21,483 nt of DNA, taken from the IMG/VR virus record IMGVR_UViG_3300035689_000001; one strand, given 5' to 3'. Below are positions 8,991 through 17,125 of the stretch, in pieces (position 1 is the first letter of the stretch; every line of letters begins with the position of its first letter). Origin of the DNA: an uncultured virus (IMG/VR IMGVR_UViG_3300035689_000001). Taxonomy: Duplodnaviria; Heunggongvirae; Uroviricota; Caudoviricetes. A program made the translations under genes and the position numbers. The notes beneath the pieces were generated by a model. That model was not told the DNA's origin and ran no database searches. It saw only the letters and a list, made by a program, of their open reading frames with translations.

Positions 8991-9941
8991 ATGACACTTG
9001 GGCTAATTTCAGATTTTCGAGAATACTATGACCATTGCTTTGACCAAAAGGAATGTTCTGATGTTCTGAAGGAGCACTACCAGGCCCACCGGACGGAGCG
9101 CGATCGCAAAGACATGGGACGGCACTATACCCCGAAGCATCTCGCCAGGGCCGTCACGAAGATGGCGCTCAAACCAAACGGCAGTCCTGATGCAGGGTGG
9201 CTGAAGCACCTCGCAGCCGTCCAGCAATTGCCAGTTGATCAACAATTGCAAGCGGTCCTGAATTTCCATACATGCGATCCAGCGGCGGGCAGCGGCAACT
9301 TTCTGGTGCAGGCCGCCAAGGAAATCGGGATTGGGGTAGCCCGGATTCTATTTCAGTCCAAAGTGCTGGACGCTCGCCAGGTTGAAGCCGGGATGTCGCT
9401 CGCGACCCAGAACTGCATCTACGGGGTAGACCGGGACCCGCTGGCAGTTGAGTTGTGCAAACTGGCCCTCTGGCTCAACGCAACCGAGCACCACATCCTG
9501 ACGGAGCTGCCGCTCCCTACCCTCCCGAATATCCGGTGTGGTGATTCACTCGTGGGAGTCCTGGAACTTTCGGTCTTGAAGGAGGGGATTCCTGACGGAT
9601 TTTACAAACCCAATGGCCTTGACGATAAAGCCGTTGCGGCTGCGTACCGGAAGCAAAACAAACAGGAGCGATCGCGCCACACCAACACGGCCACCAGCGG
9701 GTCTCTCCAGATACTTCGGGATGCCTGCGATGTCTATACGGCTGCTTGCTTCGTAAAAAAATTACCCGATGCTCCAGTCCCGACGACCGCGACCCTGGGG
9801 GCTGTCCTGAACCAATGCCTGACGCCACAACAGGAGGCGATCGTTCAGCACTGCCGCGAGACATCCCAACGGTTGCGGTTCTTCCACTGGAAGCTCGAAT
9901 TTCCAGAGGTTTTTCTGAAAAATGCCAAAAAAGCAATTTAA
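8991..9941 (+). CDS. Type IIG/Eco57I/PglX-like DNA methyltransferase, N-terminal half only (SAM-binding motifs present, catalytic NPP(Y/W) absent); possible pseudogene
   Basis: GAGGTG RBS precedes ATG 8991. Motifs: RKDMGRHYTP (X), CDPAAGSGNFL (I), IYGVDRDPLAVELCKLALWL, NIRCGDSLVG. The ORF ends at FFHWKLEFPEVF, just before where GFD..GNPP(Y/W) normally follows. Confidence 0.8.
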   Translation: MTLGLISDFREYYDHCFDQKECSDVLKEHYQAHRTERDRKDMGRHYTPKHLARAVTKMALKPNGSPDAGWLKHLAAVQQLPVDQQLQAVLNFHTCDPAAGSGNFLVQAAKEIGIGVARILFQSKVLDARQVEAGMSLATQNCIYGVDRDPLAVELCKLALWLNATEHHILTELPLPTLPNIRCGDSLVGVLELSVLKEGIPDGFYKPNGLDDKAVAAAYRKQNKQERSRHTNTATSGSLQILRDACDVYTAACFVKKLPDAPVPTTATLGAVLNQCLTPQQEAIVQHCRETSQRLRFFHWKLEFPEVFLKNAKKAI

Positions 9942-10632
9942 CGGAACCTGTGCATATTGCTATAAAGAATTTACCGCCCATCGTCGCCGCCAATGTTGCG
10001 ATCGATCCTGCGCCCGATCCTTAGGGTTGCAGCAAACGGGGCAAATGCCGTGGCACTGGGAAGAAAAAGAACTGTTGGACACATTGTCCGGCACTCTCCC
10101 GTTCCACGAGATTGTCGATAAGATACAGAAATTGGATAAGCGCCTCGGTATTCCTGAGCGATCCGCGATCGCCATCGGCGTCAAGATGAAGCGCATGGGG
10201 TTGAGTAAGCGCCCCACCCTCAGCCATATGACGACCGGGGACATTGCCAGAACATTGTCGGTGCCTCGTGATCGCGTCGAGCTATGGACCGAAAAATATG
10301 GCCTCAAGGCGGAACGACTCATCAAGGACTGGCGATTGATCTCCCTTGAGGATTTTACCGAATGGGCACATCAGCACCCCGAACTACTGGGAGGTCTCAG
10401 TCAGGATGCCCTAGAGTGGCTGACGGGCGATCGTGACTTTGCAGTAGAACGTGCCGCCGAATCACCCGATTGGAGAGGTCGCCCCATGCCAGTGCGTCGC
10501 CTCGACGACAACAGAACATTCCCCAGCATTAAGGCGGCGGCGCGAGCCTGTTATCTGCATCCCGCTTCTATCCGGCGGGCACTGAAGAAGAATGGTGCCA
10601 CCTGCGATGGAGCCAAGTGGGAGTATTACTAG
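9922..10632 (+). CDS. Multi-domain DNA-binding protein: N-terminal Cys Zn finger, central HTH-like region, C-terminal NUMOD1/IENR1-like domain
   Basis: CAYC..CCDRSC; MTTGDIARTLSVPRDRVELW (HTH-like); PVRRLDDNRTFPSIKAAARACYLHPASIRRAL..GAKWEY (NUMOD1-like). Confidence 0.75.
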   Translation: MPKKQFNGTCAYCYKEFTAHRRRQCCDRSCARSLGLQQTGQMPWHWEEKELLDTLSGTLPFHEIVDKIQKLDKRLGIPERSAIAIGVKMKRMGLSKRPTLSHMTTGDIARTLSVPRDRVELWTEKYGLKAERLIKDWRLISLEDFTEWAHQHPELLGGLSQDALEWLTGDRDFAVERAAESPDWRGRPMPVRRLDDNRTFPSIKAAARACYLHPASIRRALKKNGATCDGAKWEYY

Positions 10633-10814
10633 GGGCGATCGCCCTTCCGTATCCATTCCCAAAACGCCGCTGGCCTCCAGCCGGACTCCTGGAACTTGAC
10701 GAAGCGATCGCCCTCCCGCACCCAGATAAAAACCTGGCCAGTCTTGGGATTGACCCCTCGCAACGGCACATTACCCCAGTCGGTCCCGCCGACCCGGCCA
10801 AATGATTTAGGCAT
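10629..10814 (-). CDS. Small hypothetical protein, 61 aa (MPKSFGRVGG...)
   Basis: Its start overlaps the stop of the upstream 309-aa ORF. Its 5' two-thirds are duplicated at 13662-13762. Confidence 0.55.
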   Translation of the reverse strand: MPKSFGRVGGTDWGNVPLRGVNPKTGQVFIWVREGDRFVKFQESGWRPAAFWEWIRKGDRP

Positions 10815-10857
10815 CGTTATTTTCCGTTGCTCCAGAACCGTTCAGCACTTTGGACCA
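10714..10857. repeat. Direct repeat copy 1 (~144 bp; 99-bp identical core 10726-10824)
   Basis: Matches 13662-13805 at a constant offset of 2948 bp. Confidence 0.95.
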
Positions 10858-11736
10858 TTCGGCCTGGGCCACCTGCATGAACCCAAGGTATTGCTCTGAG
10901 AGCCGCACCTTGTTGGATTGCGCCATAGGTCGCCCCTCGTCCCCCGCGAGCATATTCCATAGGGTATCGGCCCAGCGCCAGACGGGATGACTTCCGGGCG
11001 GCGGCATCTGGCTTGGGTCGTTCAGGTCGCTTGCGCTCCAGAGGCGGGGATTTAGACGTGGGTCGGTCGATGGGAACGGCAACAGCCCTGCCGCAACGTT
11101 GCGGTACAGCAGTTGTAGTCCCGCGATGTAAGTCACCTGATTAGAGAAAAGTGTCTGGGACTGCGCGATCGCTATCACGACTTCCTGATGCTGAAGGATT
11201 TGCTGTTCCGTGCAACCTACCATCAAACAGCGCAACCACTCCTGTTGAGTCTTGCATAGCCTGTCGAGGGATGCCTGAGAGTGCAGATGCTGGTTAACCA
11301 GCATCAATGCAACAGCATTGACGAATTTTTCACTCAGGTCAGGTGCAGCGTTCGGATTGGGCGTCTGATCCCGCACCTCTTGCCTGATTTCCAACAATCC
11401 ACCCAACTCTCTGATGTTAGGGATGTGGCGACTGGTGGTGAGATCGTGATGGACAAACCCCGCAGGTGGCCGATATGCAGTCGTAATCGGTGGGAGCGCT
11501 TCCAGGGTTTCCCGCAGGGTGGCGATCGCAGCGATCGCATTGTCCAGTAGGGTCAGGGACATCTGGTTGATGTTGCTTTGCAGATCGTTCGATGCTGCGA
11601 TCGCGTCGGCCAGAACAGTCGGTTCATGGTCTCGGCATCCCTCAGGGTCTGGCCCGCCAGGGTGAATAGCGCAGTGAAGATGATCGGACGGACAGTAGTT
11701 TTGGCACGCCCGACAGAACTCCGGGAAGCTTGGCAT
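10807..11736 (-). CDS. Hypothetical protein, 309 aa, with an N-terminal Cys/His cluster (DUF6464-like CAIHP.GP motif)
   Basis: CRACQNYC..HLHCAIHPGGPDPEGCRDHE resembles a cyanobacterial Cys-rich motif. TAATG coupling with the upstream ORF. Confidence 0.7.
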   Translation of the reverse strand: MPSFPEFCRACQNYCPSDHLHCAIHPGGPDPEGCRDHEPTVLADAIAASNDLQSNINQMSLTLLDNAIAAIATLRETLEALPPITTAYRPPAGFVHHDLTTSRHIPNIRELGGLLEIRQEVRDQTPNPNAAPDLSEKFVNAVALMLVNQHLHSQASLDRLCKTQQEWLRCLMVGCTEQQILQHQEVVIAIAQSQTLFSNQVTYIAGLQLLYRNVAAGLLPFPSTDPRLNPRLWSASDLNDPSQMPPPGSHPVWRWADTLWNMLAGDEGRPMAQSNKVRLSEQYLGFMQVAQAEWSKVLNGSGATENNDA

Positions 11737-12311
11737 TAATTTGCCCCTTGCAGTTCAGCGTCTTGATTCTGATGTTTAGCCCAGGTGGTTTTCCAGTTGG
11801 TTTTTGCCCTGGCAATCCCGACGAGGATTGATTGCAATGCATGGGCTTCGTCCATGAGGTTCGCTGCAATGAGTTGGCAGGGCAACGGAATCCAGCAGAA
11901 GAAACCAGAAGCCAATTCTTTGTGGGGTTGACCATAGGGGCTAACCCCCCCGATATTTCCCTCAATGCAATACTTCAGGTATGCTCCCCCTGGCTTCTCA
12001 GGGGAAGGTTTCCAGTGTTCTGGCTCTAGGCCAGATTGCACTACCGTAATTTTTCGGGTCACGATCCCGATCTGAGCATATCCTGATCCCCCCAGATTAA
12101 AATAATCGCCTGGGTTAATGTGGCTTGTTACGATCGGGATAAATTCTTGCATCGCATCGTTCATCCGGTGAACCACATATTCTGGGTGGCACCAGTAACG
12201 CTGGATTGCGTCTGAATTGCAGCAGAATTCTATATAAGCCTTATGCTTCAGGAGATTGATAAGACAGGAATCTCCATACACTGAATCCCCTGGCGTTACG
12301 AATATTTTCAT
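11736..12311 (-). CDS. Hypothetical protein, 191 aa
   Basis: Long ORF with ATG start; its stop overlaps the next start. Confidence 0.65.
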   Translation of the reverse strand: MKIFVTPGDSVYGDSCLINLLKHKAYIEFCCNSDAIQRYWCHPEYVVHRMNDAMQEFIPIVTSHINPGDYFNLGGSGYAQIGIVTRKITVVQSGLEPEHWKPSPEKPGGAYLKYCIEGNIGGVSPYGQPHKELASGFFCWIPLPCQLIAANLMDEAHALQSILVGIARAKTNWKTTWAKHQNQDAELQGAN

Positions 12312-12349
12312 GCTGTGATTTTGACCCTATGGTTTTAATTTAACCCGAA

Positions 12350-12811
12350 TCATTGCGAACTCAGGCCAGACTTAGGGGCGATCGCACTGGCTTCCGGTAC
12401 GAGCTGATCCGAGAATCCTGAATAGCGAAATAGCCTTCTGATTGGGTCGATATCCCACAGTCGCCCCCAATCGTCACCGTGGACATACAGGTGGATCGCC
12501 AACTCTTGAAGTGTTGCAAACTTCGGGCTGATAGGGGTTCCTTCGCTTACGTTTTCGTAAACCTGGTAGTGGGTTGGTTCTTCTGTCCACTCAGGGCGAT
12601 GCTTCCCATACCGTGGGGCATCTCCAGCAAACTCGGTATAGCGCTTTTTGCTGATTTGGCTAAAATGTTGATCCTGTTTCCAAAGCTCAAAATTCTCCAG
12701 CCATTCATCCAGGGCTTCCTGGTAGGGCTGATCAAACAGCGGGACATATTTGCCGTCTGACTGTTTTGGATGGTTCCAACTTGGCGGTACTTTACGGATT
12801 TCATTCCCCAT
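12350..12811 (-). CDS. Conserved phage-type hypothetical protein, 153 aa
   Basis: MGNEIRKVPPSWNHP...YQVYENVSEGTPISPKFATLQELA resembles an uncharacterised phage family. GGAG RBS upstream. Confidence 0.7.
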   Translation of the reverse strand: MGNEIRKVPPSWNHPKQSDGKYVPLFDQPYQEALDEWLENFELWKQDQHFSQISKKRYTEFAGDAPRYGKHRPEWTEEPTHYQVYENVSEGTPISPKFATLQELAIHLYVHGDDWGRLWDIDPIRRLFRYSGFSDQLVPEASAIAPKSGLSSQ

Positions 12812-13394
12812 GGGTTTCTCCTAGTTGTGGGTGGGCGATCGCCGATTTAATTTTGCGGCTATTTAACCAATCAGAGACGAGTCGCGTTGAACCAACACGC
12901 CTTTTCAGCCAAGTATGCGTTGGATTAAAAGGCATCGACCAGTCGCCTTCGTGATGGAGGCCAGATGGATCTTCTGGTCTTCCAGGTATTCGGATTGCCA
13001 GGTCTTCGAGTTCATCCCAGAGGATCGTCAAGATAAAGGCTCTATGGTAGTCACCTAAAAGCCCAACCAAAAACCAGAGTTCTGGCATTGGCTTTGCAAA
13101 CCTATAGCTAATCCTGTTATCAGATAAATCTAGCGAAACTCGATAATTCTCCTTTGGCCGATCATCAATAAACCAATAGTAGTGAGCGGCCTCAATGGCA
13201 AATCGATAGGATTCCCATGGGGCACAAATCGCACTATTGATCTCGCACAGTCTTCGATATGTTTCATACCAAAGTTGATAATCGTCCAGTGTTTCAAGCC
13301 TTCTACCTGGTGGTGCAATGAAGTCAAGTATCAGGTTCCGCCTGCCATCCATGTAGCGGTCTTTGGGAGTTCCACGCTGAAAGTTGCTGTCCAT
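12801..13394 (-). CDS. Hypothetical protein, 197 aa
   Basis: Long ORF overlapping the next start by 11 nt; visibly AT-richer than the flanks. Confidence 0.65.
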   Translation of the reverse strand: MDSNFQRGTPKDRYMDGRRNLILDFIAPPGRRLETLDDYQLWYETYRRLCEINSAICAPWESYRFAIEAAHYYWFIDDRPKENYRVSLDLSDNRISYRFAKPMPELWFLVGLLGDYHRAFILTILWDELEDLAIRIPGRPEDPSGLHHEGDWSMPFNPTHTWLKRRVGSTRLVSDWLNSRKIKSAIAHPQLGETHGE

Positions 13395-13404
13395 AGCGAT
13401 CGCC

Positions 13405-13647
13405 CTACACCGCGTGCCTGAAAAGCGAGGTCAAGTAAATTCGCGCGGCTCTACGGTAGCGGGTTGATGCATCTGGTCCGTCGGCGTTGCTGTTCTGCAT
13501 CAGGAACATCCCCAGCGCAGCAGCAAATGCCCGATCCTGATCCCACTCTGGGTTTGTGTCGAGAAACCCTTGGAGTAACTGGTCGAGATCTTCGTCAAGT
13601 TCAATCGTTCTCATAACCCTGCGGACCACTTTTAATTCATTGCTCAT
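13405..13647 (-). CDS. DUF2811 family protein (cyanobacterial), 80 aa
   Basis: ELDEDLDQLLQGFLDTNPEWDQDRAFAAALGMFLMQN...YRRAARIYLTSLF matches the WDQDR.F.AAL.LFLLQN signature. Start placed at MSNELK. Confidence 0.85.
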   Translation of the reverse strand: MSNELKVVRRVMRTIELDEDLDQLLQGFLDTNPEWDQDRAFAAALGMFLMQNSNADGPDASTRYRRAARIYLTSLFRHAV

Positions 13648-13762
13648 GATGATGTTTTGAATCCCGAACCCATATAAAAACCTGGCCAGTCTTGGGATTG
13701 ACCCCTCGCAACGGCACATTACCCCAGTCGGTCCCGCCGACCCGGCCAAATGATTTAGGCAT
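13637..13762 (-). pseudogene. Truncated second copy (41 aa) of the 61-aa ORF at 10629-10814
   Basis: The first 33 aa are identical (MPKSFGRVGGTDWGNVPLRGVNPKTGQVFIWVR), then the sequence diverges and stops. Confidence 0.55.
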
Positions 13763-13805
13763 CGTTATTTTCTGCTCCCCCAGAACCGTCCAGCACTTTA
13801 GACCA
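13662..13805. repeat. Direct repeat copy 2 (~144 bp; 99-bp identical core 13674-13772)
   Basis: Matches 10714-10857. Confidence 0.95.
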
Positions 13806-13843
13806 ATAGCGGAATTCCCCATCCCTCCGGGTGGTAGGGTCGT

Positions 13844-14686
13844 TTATCCTGAATAATTCCGCAGCTCAGGGAACTCTGCCACGAACTCTGCCCACAGGTC
13901 AGGGTGGTAGAGCCGCAGACGTGATAATCGCCCCCGGTTTACCCCGGTGGTGCCGATCGGTGGCCCGTTCCGCACGGTCATGCGATCGCGGTCATACATT
14001 GCGGGGTAGGGGAGCTGGTGGGCGTCGATATACTGCCAGATTTCTTTGGTACTCCAGAACCCAACTGGGGAACAGATTACCCGTCCATCCTGACGCCGAT
14101 ACAGTGTTTTCTTGCTGGCCAAAAACTTTTCACGCCCTTTTGATTCACGCCGCAGCCCCCAGGCGTAGCCCGCGATCTGGTTTTGTTCCTCATATTGGGC
14201 GATCGGACGGTACATCAGGGCCTGATTGATTTTTGCATCCAGGGCGGTTCCCATGTGGCTTGCTAGCGGCACACCATAATCCCGGTACAGATCCCAAAGG
14301 CTGCGGGGTGGACAGATCTCAATGATGTTCCACCCCGCAGCTTTCAGGTAGTCAATCAATAGCAAGCAATCTGGCCATTCTGCCATCGGCCCCTGGTTAA
14401 TCCAGACAATTGGGCAATCGGGGATTACCTGCCGGATCAAGCACCCCGCTACCAGTGAGTCTTTGCCAGCTGAAAAATAATGACAGACTCTCCCCCCGGA
14501 TTCCTGCTGCCATTGTTGGATCGTGGCGATCGCCCGTTGCTCCCACTTTTGCAGCCACGGGGCAGGCAGGCCACTACCGTAGTGGAGTCGTGCCTCCAGT
14601 TGGGTGATGCCACTGGGGAGCCAGTAGTCAATCGTGCGGGTGAGCGCTCGCCGTGTTGTCGCGCGAGTCTCCACCCGCCTAATCAT
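13844..14686 (-). CDS. PAPS-reductase-family (CysH-like) PP-loop protein, 280 aa; resembles the CysH-like accessory protein of type IV-B CRISPR loci
   Basis: PP-loop FSAGKDS, WGLRRES..R, SPVGFWSTKEIWQYI, LPYPAMYD. It lacks the C-terminal ECG(L/I)H motif of true assimilatory CysH. Confidence 0.85.
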   Translation of the reverse strand: MIRRVETRATTRRALTRTIDYWLPSGITQLEARLHYGSGLPAPWLQKWEQRAIATIQQWQQESGGRVCHYFSAGKDSLVAGCLIRQVIPDCPIVWINQGPMAEWPDCLLLIDYLKAAGWNIIEICPPRSLWDLYRDYGVPLASHMGTALDAKINQALMYRPIAQYEEQNQIAGYAWGLRRESKGREKFLASKKTLYRRQDGRVICSPVGFWSTKEIWQYIDAHQLPYPAMYDRDRMTVRNGPPIGTTGVNRGRLSRLRLYHPDLWAEFVAEFPELRNYSG

Positions 14687-14927
14687 CAGCCCCCCAGGCT
14701 GGCAGACCCGCCCTCGCCCTCATGTCCCGCTGTTTTTTCTTGAGCTTCTTGTAGCGCTCCTGGAGGGCATTACGCTCGTTGATCCGTTGTTGCAGAACAT
14801 CTACGGTTTCATCGTAGTCTCCTTGCCGCAGGCGAGCGTACTCAACCTGTCGCTGCGCCTCTTTATATGCAGCGGCTACTTCCACGATTTCCTGGTCAAT
14901 TTCCGCCAGTGTCTTTTTCTTCGCCAT
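14679..14927 (-). CDS. Small coiled-coil protein, 82 aa
   Basis: Charged heptad-like helix; overlaps both neighbouring genes. Confidence 0.6.
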   Translation of the reverse strand: MAKKKTLAEIDQEIVEVAAAYKEAQRQVEYARLRQGDYDETVDVLQQRINERNALQERYKKLKKKQRDMRARAGLPAWGADD

Positions 14928-15108
14928 GTTTCACCAACCTGATCAATTCTTGCTGTTTATCTTTCGGCAGGGCCGCGATCGCCCCCAGCCAACCACTAAC
15001 GCTTCCGTTCCCAGCTTCGGTGCCAGACACCGTAATAAACCCTGACTCGGCGGCAATGGATCGCAGGGTTGCGAATTCCTCATCCGATAGGGCAATGCTG
15101 CGCCTCAT
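14896..15108 (-). CDS. Small putative ribbon-helix-helix-type DNA-binding protein, 70 aa
   Basis: MRRSIALSDEEFATLRSIA...SVSGWL shows a beta-strand/helix/helix pattern. ATGA overlap with the upstream stop at 15105-15108. Confidence 0.55.
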   Translation of the reverse strand: MRRSIALSDEEFATLRSIAAESGFITVSGTEAGNGSVSGWLGAIAALPKDKQQELIRLVKHGEEKDTGGN

Positions 15109-15302
15109 GCTGCCTCTAGGGCAGCGTACCGGGGATTGACTCGATACTGGTACTCCCCATCCCACATCCCTATGATTTTTCCATCGTCACCCGCAAAATG
15201 CAGATCGCACAGCCACATCAATCCCGCCTGCTCTGCGGCTAGCTCGCAATGATCCTGGAAGTTCATTGCATTGATTCCGTTTTGTACCTGGACAATCTTC
15301 AT
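15105..15302 (-). CDS. Small acidic hypothetical protein, 65 aa
   Basis: GAGGA RBS and a predicted promoter directly upstream; coupled to the next gene. Confidence 0.65.
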   Translation of the reverse strand: MKIVQVQNGINAMNFQDHCELAAEQAGLMWLCDLHFAGDDGKIIGMWDGEYQYRVNPRYAALEAA

Positions 15303-15310
15303 AAGACTTC

Positions 15311-15356
15311 CTCAGTGCGTACTCGTATTATGACCTGAGTACGCACTGAGCGTCAA
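15311..15356 (-). promoter_or_regulatory. Sigma70-type promoter (TTGACG-N18-CATAAT) overlaid by a perfect 14-bp inverted repeat (operator)
   Basis: Arms CTCAGTGCGTACTC (15311-15324) and GAGTACGCACTGAG (15337-15350). The -35 is at 15356-15351 and the -10 at 15332-15327, between the arms. Confidence 0.75.
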
Positions 15357-15949
15357 GAATTTTGCTGAACAAAATCGACCAGTACCGCCAGACGCTTTTT
15401 GTTCAGCTCTGTCCCGACAAACTTGCGTCCATTCAGGAAGGCGTGTTTCCCTACTAGCCCCTGCCCCATGCAGAGATCGCCAATGCACTGGTATTCATGG
15501 TTGGCGCAGATCCACTCAATAATCTCGGCTTCGTCCAGGTCTTCCAGTTCCCTGTAGCGCCGCCGCTGATGCTCGTTTGTCGCGTGGATGACGTAGCATT
15601 TGTTCTCGCGCTTGCGGTAGTACGTGGAGTTGTAGAACGTGACGTATCGGTAACGAGCCTCTGCCCGTTTGATGCATTCAGCAAGGGCTTGTTTCCCCGT
15701 CTCTAAAAACAGAGTCGCCGGGGAAATCTGGTCAATACACTCAAACAAGCGATCCAGAAAAGAACCGAACTTGCCGTCATTGCGATCGCTCACCACGCTT
15801 TCGGGGCGATTCTTGAAATTTGTCAGGAGGCTCTGGTCGTAGGGGATATCGATGAACAGGCAGTCGGCCTGCTGCATAAAGTCTGGCAAATCATCGTAGA
15901 TATCGTGAACCGCAACGGTTGAATCATTTGGCAGGCTGTAGATCGTCAT
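15353..15949 (-). CDS. Permuted (beta-class-like) N4/N6 DNA methyltransferase-like protein, 198 aa
   Basis: N-terminal motif IV-like LFIDIPY; C-terminal motif I IGDLCMGQGLVG..GRKFVGTELN. Confidence 0.75.
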   Translation of the reverse strand: MTIYSLPNDSTVAVHDIYDDLPDFMQQADCLFIDIPYDQSLLTNFKNRPESVVSDRNDGKFGSFLDRLFECIDQISPATLFLETGKQALAECIKRAEARYRYVTFYNSTYYRKRENKCYVIHATNEHQRRRYRELEDLDEAEIIEWICANHEYQCIGDLCMGQGLVGKHAFLNGRKFVGTELNKKRLAVLVDFVQQNS

Positions 15950-16529
15950 AGGTGATTCCCTGCTGAATTAAGTCATCGATAAAGAATGGTGTTTGCCTTC
16001 CTGAAGCATGGCCCGCAAGACTCGTGAAATTGAGGTGCTGCACCAGGCATGGACGAACCCGCCAGTATTTCACCTTCTCCTGCACCAAAACATAGCTGAT
16101 GAATGCATCACAGCTAACGCCTCTAAATCGCTCTGGCTTTTCGCGTTTGAAGGTCTCAAAATGGCCCCGCATCCTGGAAGGCAAACCAGGCGGCAAATAG
16201 ATGCACTGCATCCACAAGAAGTTGCTGCCTCCAACGTATTGGGTTGGCAACCACACTTTTGGCTTTTCAAAGAAGTTGAAAACTTTGTCGTGCCCCTTCT
16301 CCGAAACGATTGATTCCAGGCGATCGCAAAAGGTTTCGCACAGGAGTACGTCATCCTCAAGCAAAACGGCACCCGTGTCATCAATCTGGTCGCAAACATC
16401 AAAGAAGGTCTTGTACCAATCCCCGACAGAATCAACCGTCACCTGGAGATCGGGGATGTGGCGTTTCATCCTCTCGACGTTTTCTAATCGTTCCGCTGAC
16501 CAGCTCACAGTCCTGACAAAATACCTCAC
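15924..16529 (-). CDS. GT-A fold glycosyltransferase (GT25-like), ~201 aa
   Basis: AVLLEDDVLL acidic motif, plus DAFI and RPCLVQH. The GTG start overlaps the upstream TAG (TAGTG) and has an AGGAGG RBS. Confidence 0.7.
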   Translation of the reverse strand: MRYFVRTVSWSAERLENVERMKRHIPDLQVTVDSVGDWYKTFFDVCDQIDDTGAVLLEDDVLLCETFCDRLESIVSEKGHDKVFNFFEKPKVWLPTQYVGGSNFLWMQCIYLPPGLPSRMRGHFETFKREKPERFRGVSCDAFISYVLVQEKVKYWRVRPCLVQHLNFTSLAGHASGRQTPFFIDDLIQQGITYDDLQPAK

Positions 16530-17125
16530 TAGCTGGCCTCCTTCATTTCCCACGACATTGAATAATCTGCATTCTTGAATAGTTCCGCGATACCCGTTAA
16601 CTGTTTATAGCGGTGAATCGTATCGAGGTCGATCCCCAGGTGGATACTAACCTCCTCCTCACTCATGCCCTGTTGCAGAAGCGCCCGGATCACGTCAGCA
16701 TCCCGATCAACCTCATGGGTACCCTTCGCCTTATTGAACTGAATGGTGGCGACCATCCGCTGGTTTATGTCATGGGGCAGCACCACCAAGGGGAGATAAT
16801 CAAACTCCAGCCAATCCTCTCCGGCGATCGTACTGCGGTGGAACCCGTCCACAATGATGAAAACGCCATCATCCTGATCCCAGACCGCTACCACCGGGAA
16901 GCAAAACCCGTTATCCAGGATGGACTGTTGCAGCAGCTCCATCTTTTCCTTCGGGACATAGTTCGGGTTGTAGTTGTTGGCACGAACCAGCGCAGTTGAA
17001 ACCAGCAGGGTATTGCAGCACGGCACCAGCACTCTGCCGTGCTTTTTAGACGTGATATAGACCGGGGCGATCGCCCCTACGGCCTGTTGAAAATCCTCAG
17101 CGGTATCAATCCAGATAACAGCCAT
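16529..17125 (-). CDS. IbrB-like ParB/Srx-domain protein with C-terminal HTH, 198 aa
   Basis: VRANNYNPN..MELLQQSILDNGFCFPVV..IVDGFHR..RMVATIQFNKAKGTH..LGID..RYKQLTGIAELF..YSMSWE. Confidence 0.88.
   Translation of the reverse strand: MAVIWIDTAEDFQQAVGAIAPVYITSKKHGRVLVPCCNTLLVSTALVRANNYNPNYVPKEKMELLQQSILDNGFCFPVVAVWDQDDGVFIIVDGFHRSTIAGEDWLEFDYLPLVVLPHDINQRMVATIQFNKAKGTHEVDRDADVIRALLQQGMSEEEVSIHLGIDLDTIHRYKQLTGIAELFKNADYSMSWEMKEAS

Noticed and set aside
13648..13749. Extended N-terminus of the DUF2811 ORF (MAGSAGPTG...)
   Set aside because: It is an alternative frame of the duplicated repeat. DUF2811 similarity begins after MSNELK.
15311..15350. Rho-independent terminator
   Set aside because: There is no U-tract on either side, the loop is 12 nt and contains a -10 box, so an operator fits better. 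An RNA hairpin role is not excluded.
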